Assembly (NCBI RefSeq): GCF_963921235.1
Contig: NC_086097.1
Span: 33,544,001 to 33,608,000 of the forward strand
Direction: 5' to 3'
DNA length: 64,000 nucleotides
Source: Mobula hypostoma
Taxonomy: Eukaryota
The notes beneath the pieces are model-generated. The model saw nothing but the letters and a program-made list of their open reading frames with translations, made no database searches and was not told where the DNA came from. This document shows, piece after piece, positions 12,601-25,751 of the stretch (position 1 is its first letter; each line of letters begins with the position of its first letter). Both the position numbers and the translations under genes were made by a program.

Positions 12601-12855
12601 TATCTTTCTGATTGAAAACTGTTCGTCCATATAACCGAAATTACCTTAGATCAGACCAGAATTTATGCTCCACATTACAGATTTTCCAACAATGAATCAG
12701 GGCAGAACATATGACCTTTTATACTTCCCTCCACTCCCCTCTCCACCCTCTCCTGCCTTTCTCCTTTCTTCCACCCCTCCCCTCTCTCTCTATCTCCTCC
12801 CCTTCCTTCTTTCCCCATCTCCCATCTCCTTCTCTCTCCCCTCATATGTCAAGGA

Positions 12856-13325
12856 CATATGTACAGAAAGGTGCTGGAAAAGGGGCAGTAACCCATCCTG
12901 TTCATGGACTGTTTGTCCCACTCCCATTGGGAAAGAGATTACATAATATCTGCACCAAGATCACCAGAATCAAGAAGTTCCTTTCCCCAAGCAGTAAGGC
13001 TGATCAACACCTCCACCACTAACCAATCCTTCCACACCCCAGTCACCACTACTTTATCATTTCCTGTCAGTCAGAATGGCTAAAATATGGTGAAAAGGGG
13101 CCAAATGAACTGAGTACAGGCACTCCTGTACACAGCATCACTTTATGAACATAAAATCAATCTATGTATATAAGCTAAATTATGTATTTAGATTGTGTTT
13201 TTAAAGTGATTATTGTGTTCTTTATTTTATGGTGTATTTTTTGGGCTGCAATGGATGCATAATAAAAATTATTTTGTTCTCATTTACACATGTGTACTCG
13301 AAATGACATTAAACAATCCTGAATT
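12856..13325 (+). mobile_element. Rex1-like LINE 3' fragment
   Basis: Degenerate HP.H.LF..LP.G.R C-terminus (ORF 12711..13022) followed by an AT-rich 3' UTR. Confidence 0.6.
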
Positions 13326-13542
13326 TTGAATCTCTCCCACCTTTCTCCCTCTTTCCCCTCTCTCTCCTTCCCACTCTCTCCCTTTCTGCATTACTCCCCT
13401 TTCCCCTCCCCCCTCTGCCATTCTTCTCCCCTTTGCTCTGTTCTGACTCCCTTTCCTCTGTACTTCTCTCTCCTATCTTTGACACGATCCAAACATCAGT
13501 GAACGGCAAGTTTTTGGAAGAAACCCGAGAGGCAGGACAATG

Positions 13543-13685
13543 GATGGTACAGTAGTGTGGTAGTCAGCTTAATGTTTTACAGTGCCAGTGATTGGGTTCA
13601 ATTCCTGCTGCTTTCTGTAAGGAGTATGAATGTTTTCCCCATGACTGTGTAGATTTCCCCCAGATGATCCAGTTTCCTCCCGTAT
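13543..13685 (+). mobile_element. tRNA-derived V-SINE-like fragment
   Basis: B-box-like gggttcaattcc followed by a V-domain-like ...ccagtttcctcc segment. Confidence 0.55.
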
Positions 13686-14408
13686 TCCAGCTGCTCCAAT
13701 CGCTGCTGCTGTCGGTGGTCACTTTGGTCTTCATCTCCAGATCCAGAGCAACACATGGAAGCAGCATCTGTTCTGATCTAATTGATTTGAGATTCAAAAT
13801 GCTGATCAAACATTCAAATCTTCAAAGTGTTTAAAATGATATTCACACAAATGGGCAGGACATTTGTACTCAGTTCATTTGACCCTTTCTTGCCATATTT
13901 TTGCCATTCTCTTCTCACCAAGTCCCAGGAAACACAGAATTGATATTTGGAACAAATTTAAATAATAAAACCCACATTTTAAAAACTCCTAACACAGCAG
14001 TACACACTGAGATTCTCAAAAGTGGTTCAATGCAATGCTGTCTTAACAGGTTTGATGGCGTCAAGATTGGCATATTGAAACTGCTTTTTTAATGGAGGGA
14101 CTTCAGTGGGTTGCCTTTGGACCTGCCACACACTTTCTGTCCCTTCCCTGACATCCCTGTATGAGCACACTGGCCCTGAATTTCCCACTTATCCAATGTC
14201 AGACTACCTACCACACTACCTTTATCATGTTCTCTTGAATGATATTGTGATCTCTCTTCATCCTGCAATTCACAGCCTTAATTTTCCAACCTTATTCCTT
14301 TCCATACCTTCCTTGCAGCCTACAGAGTTGTGGTTATCTCCAAAACACTGCTCCACAGACACTGCAACCACTTGCCCAGTGATATTCTCTGTGATTACAT
14401 AGAGCATA

Positions 14409-15569
14409 CAGTGCCTATAAAAAGTATTCACCCCCTTGGAAGTTTTCGAGTTTTATTGTTTTACAACATTGAATCACAGTGGATTTAATTTGGTTTTTTT
14501 TTGATACTGATCAACAGAAAAAGACTCCTTCGTGTCAAAGTGAAAACAGATCTCTACAAAGCGATCTAAATTAATTACAAATATAAAACACAAGATAATT
14601 GATTGCATAAGTATTCACCTCCTTTAATATGACACACCAAGTCATCACTGGCGCAGACAGTTAGTTTTAGAAATCACATAATTAGTTAAATGGAGATCCA
14701 TTTTCGGAGACCCGTGTGCAGTCAAGGTGTTTCAAGGTTTTAGAAGTGACATAATTGGTTAAATGGAGATCACCTGTGTGCAGTCAAGGTGTTTCAAGGT
14801 GCTTCACCTGTATCTGGAAGGTCCAACTGCTGGTGAGTCAGTATCCTGGCAAAAACTACACCATGAAGACAAAGGAACACTCCAAGCAACTCCACAAAAA
14901 GGTTATTGAAAAGCACAAGTCAGGAGATGGATACAAGGAAATCTCCAAGTCACTGAGTATCCCTTGAAGTACAGTTATGTCAATCAAGAGATGGAAAGAA
15001 TATTGTACAGCTGTAAATCTGCCTAGAGCAGGCTATCCTAAAAAACTGAGTGACCATGCAAGAAGGGGACTAGTGAGTGAGACCACCAAGAGACCTATGA
15101 CAACTCTGGAGGAGATACAAGCTTCAGAAGCTGAGATGGGAGAGACTGCACATACAACAGCTGTTGCCCAGGTACTTCACCAGTTGCAGCTTTATGGGAC
15201 AGTGGCAAAGAGAAAGCCACTGTTGAAATAAACTCACATGAAAGCTCATCTACAGTTTACCTGAAGGTAAGTTGGAGATGCTGAAGTCAGCTGGAAGAAG
15301 GTTCTATGGTCTGATGAAAGCAAAATTGAGCTTTTTTTGGCCATCAGACTAAATGCTATGTTTGGTGTAAGCTATACACCACACAACGTCAAAAACGCAC
15401 CATCCCTACCATGAAGCATGGTGGTGACTGCATCATGCTGTGGGATTGCTTCACTTCAACAGGTCCTGGAAGGCTTATGAAGGTAGAGGGTAAAACGAAT
15501 GCAGCAAAGTACAGGGAAATCCTGGAGGAAACCTGATGCATCTGCAAAAGAACTGCAACTTGGGAGAAG
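14409..15569 (+). mobile_element. Tc1-family DNA transposon (IR/DR type), left half, defective transposase
   Basis: TA then CAGTGCCTATAAAAAGTATTCACCCCC terminus, with an inner AAGTATTCACC direct repeat at 14609. The transposase from ATG 14863 reads MKTKEHSKQL...GYKEISKSL, VLWSDESKIELF and KHGG..IMLW, with stops and frameshifts. It is cut by a CR1 at ~15570. Confidence 0.9.
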
Positions 15570-17310
15570 CCAATAATATAAAAGAGTACACAAAAAGTTT
15601 TCTCAGATGTATAAAGAATAAAAGAGAGATGAAAGTGGATATTGGACCTTTGGAAAATTATGCTGGAGAAGGGCACCAAAGAAACTGCAGATAGACTTAA
15701 TAAGTATTTTACACCAGTCTTCACAGTGGAAATCACTAGCAGAATGCCAGAAATGCAACAGTGTCAGGGAACAGAAGTGTGTGTTGTTGCTATTACTAAG
15801 GAGAAGGTGCTTGGAAGCTAAAAAGTCTTAAGTAGATTAGTCACCAAGACCAGATGGACTATGCCCCTGTGTTTTTGAAAGGACTATCTGAAGAGATTGT
15901 GGAGGCAATAGTAATGATCTTCCAAGAGTCACTAGATTTTAGAATGGTTCCTGAGGACTAAAAATTTGCAAAAGTCACTCCTCTCTTTAAGAAGGGAGGG
16001 AGGCTGAAGAAAGGAAATTATAGTAACCTGACTTCACTGATTGGAATGATGTTGGAGTCTATTATTAAGGATGAGGTTTCAGGGTACTTAGAACACATGA
16101 CAAAAAAGGCCAAAGTCAGCATGGTTGTATAATGTAAACATACTTTTATAGTAAATGAACTTTGAACTTAAGGGGAAATCTTGCCTAACAAACCTATTGG
16201 AATTATTTGAGAAAATAACAGGCAGGATAGACAGGATAGTCAGTGGACGTTCTTTATTTGAATTTTCAGAAGGTCTTTAACAAGATAAGAGCACATGGTA
16301 TCACAGGAAGATATTAGCATGGATAGAAGACTGGATAACTGGCAGGAAGCAAAAAGTGAGAATAAAGGGAGTCTTGTCTAGTTGGTTGCCAGCGACTATT
16401 GGTGCTCCACAGGGGTCAGTGTTGGGACTGTTCCTTTTCACACAATATGTTGATGATTTGGATGAAGAAATTGATTACTTTGTGGCCAAGTTTGCGGACA
16501 TACGAAGATAAGTGGAGAGCCAGGTAGTGTTGAGGAAGCGGGGTATCTGCATAGGGGCTTAAACAGATTCAGAGAATGGGTAAAGAAGTGGCAAATGGAA
16601 TTTTGTGTAGAGAAGTGCATGGTCATGCACTTTGGCAAAGTAATAAAGGCATGGACTATTTTCTAAATGGGGAGAAAATTAAAAACTCCGAGGTGCAAAA
16701 GGATTTCGGAGTCCTCATGCAGGATTCCCTAAAGGTTAACTTGCAGGTTGAGTTGGTGGTAAGGAAGGCAAATGCAATGTTTACAATAATTTCGAGAGGA
16801 CTAGAATACAAAAGCAAGGATGTAATTTTGGGATTTTATAAGGTATTGGTCAGACAGCACTTGGAATATTGTGAGCAGTTTTAGACTGCTTATCTAAGAA
16901 AAGATGTACTGGCATTGGAGAGGGTCCAGAAGAGGTTCATGAGATTGTTTCCAGGAACTAAAGGGTTAACATATGAGGAGTGTTTGATGGTTCTAGACCA
17001 GTACTCACTGGAGTTTAGAAGAATGGGGGGGGGGATCTCATTGACACCTATTGTATATTGAAAGGTCTAGAGTGTATGTGAAGGGGATGTTTTTGATTGT
17101 GGGTAAGTCTAGGACCAGAGGGACAGCCTCAGAATAGAGGGACATCTACTTATAAAAGAGATGAGGAAAAATTTCTTTAGCCAGAGGGTGGTGAATCTGT
17201 GAAATTCATTGTCACAGTCAGCAGTGCAGGTCATCTCACTGCGTATACTTAAGGCGGAGGTTGAGGAGAAGGGTGGGGAATGGAGTTGAGAGGGATAATA
17301 AATCAGTCCT
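15570..17310 (+). mobile_element. Degenerate CR1 LINE (RT and 3' end)
   Basis: CR1 motifs in broken frames, e.g. ORF 16576..16884 (KANAM...HLEYCEQF). Confidence 0.85.
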
Positions 17311-18230
17311 GGGCTATAACAAGAGGTTCTACAAATGGGTTGTTTTCTCCGGAGTGGGGGAGATTAGGAAAGGCATCAATAGGGTAGACATCTTTTTTCC
17401 AGGGTTGGATTGTCTGAAACCAGTCTAATGCATGTAAGGTGAGAAGAAGGGAGTTCAAAGGAGATATGTGGGGCAAGACTTTTGCACAGAGAGTGGTGGG
17501 TGCCTGGAATATGCTGTTTCGGGTGGTGGTAGAGGCAGATACGTTGCAGGGGTCCCAGCCTGAGGTACACTGACCCCTCAGTTAATGGTAAGTCTCCACG
17601 GCATACAAAGTGGTTGAGAACTCCAGTATTGGATATTTTTGAGAGACATTCAGATAGACAAATAAATGTGAGGGAAATGGAAGCATATGAACATTGTGTA
17701 GGCAGAAGGGATTAGTTTAGTTGGCCATTTGATTGCTAATTTAATTGTTGTGACACAACAGTGTGAGCTGAAGGGCATGTTCCTGTGCTGTTCTGTTCAT
17801 CTGTATGTTCTATGTCTAACTGTACATCTCATAAGTTCATAAACCTCTGTTAGATCTCCCTTCAGCATTCAACACTGCAGAGAAACAACCCAAGTCTGCC
17901 CAACCTCTCCTTATAGCACATGCTCGCTAATCCAGGTAGCATCATGGCGAACCTGCTGCACCCTCTCTAAAACCTCCACATTCCTCCTGTATTGGGGTAA
18001 CCAAAACTCTCACAATACTCCAAGTATAGTCTAACCAAAATTTTATACTTCCTGATTCTCAGTGCCCTGACCAATGAAGGAAAGCATCCCATATACCTTT
18101 CTTTACCACCCTATTCATCTACACAGCCACTTCAGATCCCTCTGTACATCAATGCTCCTTTGTGACCTGATATTTTTTGTTTCCTCTTACATTTGACCTT
18201 CCACATTGCGATGCTTCATCCCACTGCACT
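17311..18230. mobile_element. Further CR1 fragments (+ to ~17815, then -)
   Basis: CR1 3' features (cacagagagtggtgggtgcctggaa, ttctatgt tail) followed by the antisense cacaatactccaagt (LEYC) motif. Confidence 0.6.
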
Positions 18231-19206
18231 TGCTGGTGGTGTGGATGGTGAGGAAGGTTGCCCATGGGTACAGCAGTATATGGACCAGCTGGAAAGGTAC
18301 ATAGGTGGAGATGCGGCTGGTACAAGGTGATACATTTTAAAGTAAGGCACTGAGGAATGTTGATGGAGAGATCCATAGGCTCCTGGAAGTGGTGACACAG
18401 AGAGAAGGGTGGGGAAGGTATATATCCCCACAGCTCAGGGCACAGGATGTGAGTTGGGACATCATGTCAGAATCAGAATTATTATCTCTGGCATATGTTG
18501 TGAAATTTGTTGTTTTGTGACAGCAGTGCAGTGCAAGACATAAAATACTATAAATTACAATCAGAAATATATATGAGGGCAAAAATAATGATGCCACCTT
18601 CTTGGGTACATGGACCATTTGGAGTTCTGATGGCTGATCCTAAAATTTGGAGTGTGGGTCTTCAGGCTCCTGTACTTTCTCCCTGATGGTTATAACAAGG
18701 TTCCTTCATGATGGATGTTGCTCTGTGAGGCTAGTGTGGAAATGGCAGAGTTTACATCCCTCTGCAGCTTTTCCAATCCTGTACATTGACCACTCCATGT
18801 CAGACAGTGATACAACCAGTTAGAATGTTCTCCATGGTATACACAGTATGTAGATATTTGCTATAAGCTTTGGTGACATACCAAATCTCTTCAAACTCCT
18901 AATGAAATATAGCACTGGTGTGCCTTCTTCATAATTGCATCAATATATTGGGAGCAGGATAGATCTTCAGTGATGTTGACATGAGATGTTGTAACTTTTC
19001 AAAAGTACTTGGACTACTATGTGCATTTGTGATCATCACTCTGTAGGAAGAGTGTGGTTGTGCTGGAGATATTGTAGACGAGATTCACCAGGATACACGA
19101 ATGATTCTGCAAATGCTGTAAATCTTGAAGAACACATATGAACTGCTGGAGGAACTCAGCAGGTCAGGCAGCATTTATGGAGAGGAATGATGTTTCAGAC
19201 CGATGA

Positions 19207-19326
19207 TCGATGCCCAGCGCCTCACCCAGGCGCCTCCCTCCCCACCTCCCACCACGTTCTCCACTATCCCCGGTCGGGCTGGGTGTGTAGGTCACCAGAC
19301 TCTCACTGGTCACCATCCAGGGAAGC
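19207..19326 (+). pseudogene. Possible heavily decayed relic of the ESRR zinc-finger-1 exon 3' end
   Basis: Ordered anchors tcgatgccc-agcgcctc (SMP[K]RL), cactat (HY) and accatccagg (TIQG), then g[t]aagc, with spacing close to the ERR exon. The cysteine codons are not recognisable. Confidence 0.3.
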
Positions 19327-20772
19327 AGAGAACTGAGCGGTGGAGAGTGGGGATGCGAATGGGGAAAGGGTGAGGGGATGAGGGGTTGAGGGAGAGTGTG
19401 CGGTTGGAGAGGGTTGCGGCTGAAATGGGGCGTGAGGAAGCGGGTGGGAGTGAAAGTGGGAGTGGTGGTGCTATGAGAAAGGGGGTGAGATAGGCAGGGG
19501 AAGTGAGGAGTTTGTGAGGGAGGGCATGGTGCGTCGGTAAAGGAGAAGGTTGTCACGGGTGAGTGAGTGGGTAGGGGGTGAGGGAGGGGATGAGCAGACC
19601 TCCGGAGAGGGGGCGGTCCTCCCCCCATCTGTGGGTGGCTCTCCCTCCTCCCCGTGTGTGGGGTGAATCCGACCCTCTCGTGGACAGGAGCAAGGGGGCA
19701 GCCTCTGATCGCCTGTCGGATCGGCGTGGAGCTGTGCGATCACGGTGTAGGTTTGCGCCGCAAAGCCACTGAGCTCCCGGTCTTTGTCCGTCCGTCTCGT
19801 CGATCTCCCTCTCCCTCCCTTTCCCCCCCCCCCTCACCTCCTGTCATCCCTCCTTCCTTTCCCTAAACCGGCCTTGCATTCCGCCCTCTACCTCCATCCA
19901 TCCTTCCTTCTCCCTCCCTCCGTTTCCCACCCTCCCGTCCATTCCTCTCCCCCTCGTCCTCTCTCTCCCTCCTTCTTTCCCCATATCTTCCTCCTTCCGT
20001 TCCTCCCTCCCTCTCTCTCTTCCTTGCACTCCCTGTTTCCCTCCCTCCCTCCCTCACACCCTTCTCCTTCCTTCCCTCACTCCCTCACTTAGGCCGTGAC
20101 CCATCGAGTCTACTCCGCCATCCCAAAACGGTTTATTTATGAGACCTCTCAAACCCATCCTCCTGTCTTCTCCATCTTTCCTCCCTCCTTCGATTCATTT
20201 CCTTCTCCACCTTCTGTCTATCGCTCTTTCGTCCATTCTCCCCCTTTCTCTCTCTCTCTCCCACTGCCTCTTCTCCCTTCTTCCATCCTCTCTACCCCTC
20301 CCTCTCTCGGACTCTGAGGAACAAGGTTAAGGAGTTTCCGATGCAGCCTCCGGGCGGACACTGATGGTCGGGGACCTCCGCCGCTCTCGGTCCCGTTCGA
20401 CTATCTCCCGTGTCCTACGCTCAGCGGTGGGAACCCCGTTGCTCCCGTCCTCGTGCTTCTGCTGCTCTTCCAATCACGATCTAAATCCCATCGCCCACCG
20501 CAGCTCTCCCTCCCTCTTGCTCTCACCCCCACACCGCCCCCGTCTCTCCCTCACCTCCAGCTTCAACATCCTCCCCCCGGGCATTTTCCCCGGCCTTGTA
20601 CTGGTGTCGGGAATTTACCTCTCCCGCTCCGGGTCGTCCGGGTTTTGACCCACTCCCTGTCACCTTTCACTCCCTCGCTATTCCTGTCCTTCCTTCCTTC
20701 TCTTCCCTTTTACTCCTCTCCCCCACCCCCTTACTCTCTTGCGACTTCACTCCCTCCCCTCCCTTTCTACCT

Positions 20773-20775
<3 letters not shown>

Positions 20776-20829
<54 letters not shown>
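20776..20829 (+). repeat. (TC)n microsatellite within a long polypyrimidine tract
   Basis: Perfect TC run. Confidence 0.95.
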
Positions 20830-20831
<2 letters not shown>

Positions 20832-21193
20832 CCTTGGCCCCTCTCTCTTTCTCTCAGACACTCGTTCCTTCTCTGCAGCCAATGCCCCTCTCCCCAGTCA
20901 CTCCAACACCTCCAGCTGTCGCTCCCCCACTTTCACTCTCCACTCTCCTTCTCTCTGCCAATCTGTATCTCGTTGCCCTAGCTCCCCTTTGCCATCTCTC
21001 TCTCTGTCCCTATTCTCCCCATCTACCCAACCCTTTCATGCCTTCCTCCACCCACCCCACCCCTCGCACAGAGGTTTTCTGGAATTCTGTTTCCCCAAAT
21101 CAGCCTGTCATTGGAGAGTCCTGTGGAAAAATCCCCAACACCTCCCTTCTCCTCCCTTCCCCACCCCCTCTCCCCTCTCCTCCCTCCTCCCAT

Positions 21194-21668
21194 CACAGGA
21201 AGGGTGTGGAAGCTTTAGAGAGGATGCAGAGGAGATTTACCAGGAGGCTGCCTGGTTTAGAGAGCATTTCTTATGAGGGAAGTTTGAGTGAGCTGGGGCT
21301 TTTTCTCTTTGGAGTGAAAGAGGAAGAGGGGAGGCTTGATGGATGTGTACAAGATCAGAGGCATAGTTAGAGTGGACAGCGAGAGACTATTTCCATGGGT
21401 GGAAATGTGAGGTGATTGGAGAAAAGTACGGGGGGGATTTCAAAGGTAGGTTTCTACATGGAGAGAGGTAAGTGCATGGAATGTGTTGCCTGGGTGGTGA
21501 TGGATATAAACACATTAGGGACAGTTAAGAGGCACTTGGGCACATAGATAGAAAAATAGATCCTGTGTGGGAGGGAAGGGTTAGATCGATCTTACAATAG
21601 GACAAAGAGTCAGCACAATGTTGAGGGTCCCGGGGCCTGTACTGTGCTGTACTGTACTGTTCTATGTT
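21194..21668 (+). mobile_element. CR1 3' fragment
   Basis: End of ORF 20453..21370 (ALERMQRRFTR.LPGL...LGLF) and a ttctatgt tail. Confidence 0.75.
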
Positions 21669-22565
21669 TTGAGAGTATAATACAAACAAAATGAGGATAA
21701 AAAGTGAGCCGCGAAATGTCACTGGCAGACAATGGGAAGGAAAATCCCAAGGCATTTTCTGTTCTGGGACCACTGCTGTTTATCATCTATAATAACAATC
21801 TGGATGTGAATGTAGCTGATGTAGTTACTAAGTTGGCAGATGTCACTAAAGTTACTCGTGTGGTGGATGTTGAAGAAGGATATCTGCAATCACAACAGAA
21901 TCGATATCAACTGGGAAAGTGGCCCAAGGCCAGGGAATGGCTGATGGGACATAATTCAGACTAGTGCAAAATGATGCATTTTGGTCAGTTACACCAGAGC
22001 AGACCACACACTAATAAGAGTCCTATTAGTTTTCAATTAGTTATGGAAATGGACAGATCTGGTCCAAATTGCGGTCAGGGAAATTTTCAGAGTATTAGAC
22101 AGTCACTTGCAAAAGTTGAGTTAGTTGTTTCAGGTCATGGGAATCGGGTGGATAGAGAGAGTTGAAAGTCTGCCTGTTGCTGCCAGGGTGAAGGGGGAGG
22201 CTGGCGGGGTTAGGTAACCCTGGACGGTGAGGGATATTGAGGCTCTGATCAGGAAAAAGGAGTCGGCATAGGTCAGGTACAGGCAATTGGAACCAGTGAA
22301 TCACTGGGAGGGTTTGGGGGTGTGCGAGTGTACTGCTGAAGGACCTGTTTGTATGCTGTGTGAAGGGTTTGGGGAGGGATGTGTGTGTGTTGGGCGGAAT
22401 TATGTGGGATGTGGGTGGGTGGAGGGCTGTTGTATATGTGTGGGGGTGTGGATGGGTTACTGTATAGGGGGTTGTTGTGGGTTTGTGGGGGTGTGGGTGG
22501 GTTGCTGTGTGCAGGGGGTTGTCATCGTCAGTTTGTGGGGTGTGTGTTGGCATGTGGGGGTGTCA

Positions 22566-22840
22566 TTCATTTATTTATTGAGATACAGTGCAGAATAGGC
22601 CCTTTTGGCCCTTCTAGCCGCACTACCCAGAAACCCCTATTTAACCCTATCCTAATCATGGGGCAATTTAACAACCAATTAACTTATCACCTGGTACGTC
22701 TTTGGACTGTGGGAGGAAACCAGAGCACTCAGAGGAAACCCATGCAATTACGGGGAGAACATGATTACAAACAGCGATGGGAATTGAACCCGGGTCACTG
22801 GTACTATAAAGTGTGCCAACCACTACACTGCCATACCACC
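22566..22840 (-). mobile_element. V-SINE/HE1-like SINE
   Basis: Antisense V-domain (gtacgtctttggactgtgggaggaaacc) and antisense B-box (ggaattgaacccgg). Confidence 0.7.
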
Positions 22841-23154
22841 CCAAGTGTTGCAGGGAACGGGGCAAAACCAAACGCAGGACACTGGCACGGAGATTGAGTT
22901 AGGTCCTTTAGGATAGCTTCCGATAACTTACCCACAACAGATGTCAGGATCACTGTCATATAATTTCCTGGCTTGATCTAAGAGTCTTTCTTAAACAACA
23001 GAACAACATTAACTATCTGACAATCCTCCAGCACCTCATCCATTGCTAATGACATTTTACCTCTGCCAGGACCCCTGTAATTGCTGATTTTGCCTCCCAC
23101 AAGCTCCAAGGGAACACCTTATTAGGCACTGGGGACTTATCCACCCTCATTTGC

Positions 23155-23410
23155 TTTATTCATTTATTTAGCAATACAATGCGGACTAGGCCCTTCCATG
23201 GCACCCCAGCAACCCCAGACTAACCCGATTAATCCTACCTAATCACCGGGCAACTTACAATTACCAATTTATCTACCCGGTACATCTCTCGACTGTGGGA
23301 GGAAACCGGAGGACCTGGAGAAAACCCACCCAGTCCAAGGGGAGGACGTACAGAGACTCCTTACAGAATGGCTCTGGAATTAAACTCCTAAACTGCTACA
23401 CTACCATGAC
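23155..23410 (-). mobile_element. V-SINE/HE1-like SINE inserted in a CR1 relic
   Basis: Same gactgtgggaggaaaccgg core as the element at 22566-22840. Confidence 0.65.
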
Positions 23411-23454
23411 CCCCAAGGACAGAAAACTCCTCCTCCTCTGTAATCCGTACATCA

Positions 23455-24807
23455 ATTGATATGAAGTGCTTCGAGAGATTGGTTATGGCACACATCAACC
23501 ACAGCCTACTGGTCAACCTCGACGCTTTGCAATTCGCCTACCAGAGCAACAGGTCATTGGCAGATGCCATCTCTCTGGCCCTACATTCCTCCTTAGAACA
23601 CCTGGAGAATAAAGATGCATACGTAAGGCTCCTTTTTATTGACTACAGCTCTGCCTTTAATACCATCATTCCAAATAAACTGATTCCTAAGCTCCGGAAC
23701 CTGGACCTTAGCACTCAGATCTGCATCTTCAACTTCCTCACAGACAGGACCCAGGCTGTAAAAATAGGGGACAAGCTCTCCTCTACAAACACTCTGAGCA
23801 CTGGTGCCCCACAAGGCTGTGTACTCAGGCCCCTGCTGTACTCACTGTATACCCATGATTGTGTAGCCAAGTTTCCATCAAATTCAATATATAAGTTTGC
23901 TGATGACACAACAATCGTAGGCCGTATCTTGGGTAATGATGATTTTGAGTACAGAGAGGAAATTAAGAACCTGGAGGCATGGTGCGAAGACAATAACCTA
24001 TCCCTCAACATCAGCAAGACGAAGGAATTGGTTGTTGACTTCAGAAGGAGTAGCGAACCGCACAACCCAATTTACATCGGTGGTGCGCAAGTGGAACAGG
24101 TCAAAAGCTTTAAGTTCCTCGGGGTCAATATCACAAATGACCTGACTTGGTCCAACCAAGCAGAGTTCACTGCCAAGAAGGCCCACCAGTGCCTTTACTT
24201 CCTGAGAAAACTAAAGAAATTTGGCCTGTCCCCTAAAACCCTAATTTTCATAGAAAGCATTCTTCTTGGGTGCATCACAACCTGGTATGGAAGTTGTCCT
24301 GTCCAAGACCGAAAGAAGCTGCAGAAGATCGTGAACACGGCGCAGCACATCACACAAACCAATCTTCCGTCCATGGATTCACTTTACACCACACGCTGTC
24401 GGAGCAGTGCTGCCAGGATAATCAAGGACACGACCCACCCAGCCAACAGACTTTTCGTCCCTCTTCCCTCCAGGAAAAGGTTCAGGAGCTTGAAGACTCA
24501 TACAGCCAGATTTGGGAACAGCTTCTTTCCAACTGTGTAAGACTGCTGAACGGATCCTGACCCGGATCTGGGCCGTACCCTCCAAATATCCGGACCTGCC
24601 TCTCGGTTTTTTTGCACTACCTTACTTCCCATTTTTCTACAAATGTATTTTCTATTTATGATTTATAATTTAAATTTTTAATATTTACTAATTTTAACTA
24701 TTTTTAATATTTATTATTTGTAATCCAGGGAGTGTGAAGCGCAGAATCAAATATCGCTGTGATGATTGTACGTTCTAATACTAATTATTTGGCGACAATA
24801 AAGTATG
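23455..24807 (+). mobile_element. Rex1/Babar LINE, 5'-truncated, long open RT frame
   Basis: ORF 23461..24540 reads MKCFERLV...[11 protein letters not shown]...GAPQGCVL...KFADDT...KFLG...SFFP. It ends AATAAAGTATG and sits inside a minus-strand CR1 relic (22905-25350). Confidence 0.9.
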
Positions 24808-25751
24808 ATCCATGACCTGACTAGTGTTCTGCCTCACTTCTATAGACTCTGTGTACATCCCCCTAGTAAATACAGATGGAAGTAATCTCCCCATCTCTTT
24901 CGCCTCCGTGTATAGATAACCACACTGATCTTAAAGTGAACTAACTTTATCCTTTGCTATTCTTTTGTTGTTAATATTTCTGTAGAAGCTCTTGAGATTA
25001 TCCTTCATCTTGTCTGCTAGAGCAACCTTATGTCTTTTGTTTTAGCCCCCTTTAGTGTTCTCTTACATTTCATATATTCCTCAAGCACCTCTTTTGTTCC
25101 TTGTTGCCCATACCTGCTATGCCCCCCCCCGTCTTAACCAGAGCATTAATATCCCTCACAAAACAAGTTTCTCTAAACCTGTTAGCCTTGTCTTTTATTC
25201 TGACATGAATACACAAACTCTGTACTCTCAAAATTCTACTTTAGAAGGCCTCCCACTTACCAAGTACACATTTGCCAGAAAACTTGTTCCAATCCACACT
25301 TGCCCGATCTTTTCTGATACCATCAAAATCGGCCCTTCTCTAGTTTAGAAACATGTTACCTACTCCCTCCCTTCTCCCCTGTTCCCAACTATGATTCCAC
25401 TCTCCCTGCCCCATTTCCAATCTCAGCCCACAAAAGAGAACAGAATCAGGTTTATCATCACTCACATACTGTCTCATGACATTTGTTTTGTTTTCTTTTT
25501 GCCACAGCACTACAGTGCAATACATAAAATGACTACAGTACTCTGCAAGAGCTTGGGCACCAGGTGCTGAAGATGTTTGCTCAGTATTGTATGTGAGCGG
25601 GAAGAGTTTGATCATGGAGTGGGTTAAAAGGTTGGCACAATATTGTAGGCTGAAGGGCCTGTACTGTACTATAGTGTTCTAATATTCTTATATAAACAAT
25701 ATCAGCACCTTCACCTTCTGGTATCTTGTCTGTGGATAAGGATGGTGCAAA

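Noticed and set aside
20096..20140. YSAIPKRF resembling ERR NAIPKRL
   Set aside because: The DNA (taggcc..cccatcgagtctactccgccat) matches the antisense CR1 3' tail also seen at ~3555-3590, and no cysteines follow.
20453..21370. 305-aa and 226-aa Pro/Leu/Ser-rich ORFs
   Set aside because: They result from stop-poor polypyrimidine sequence running into a CR1 fragment.
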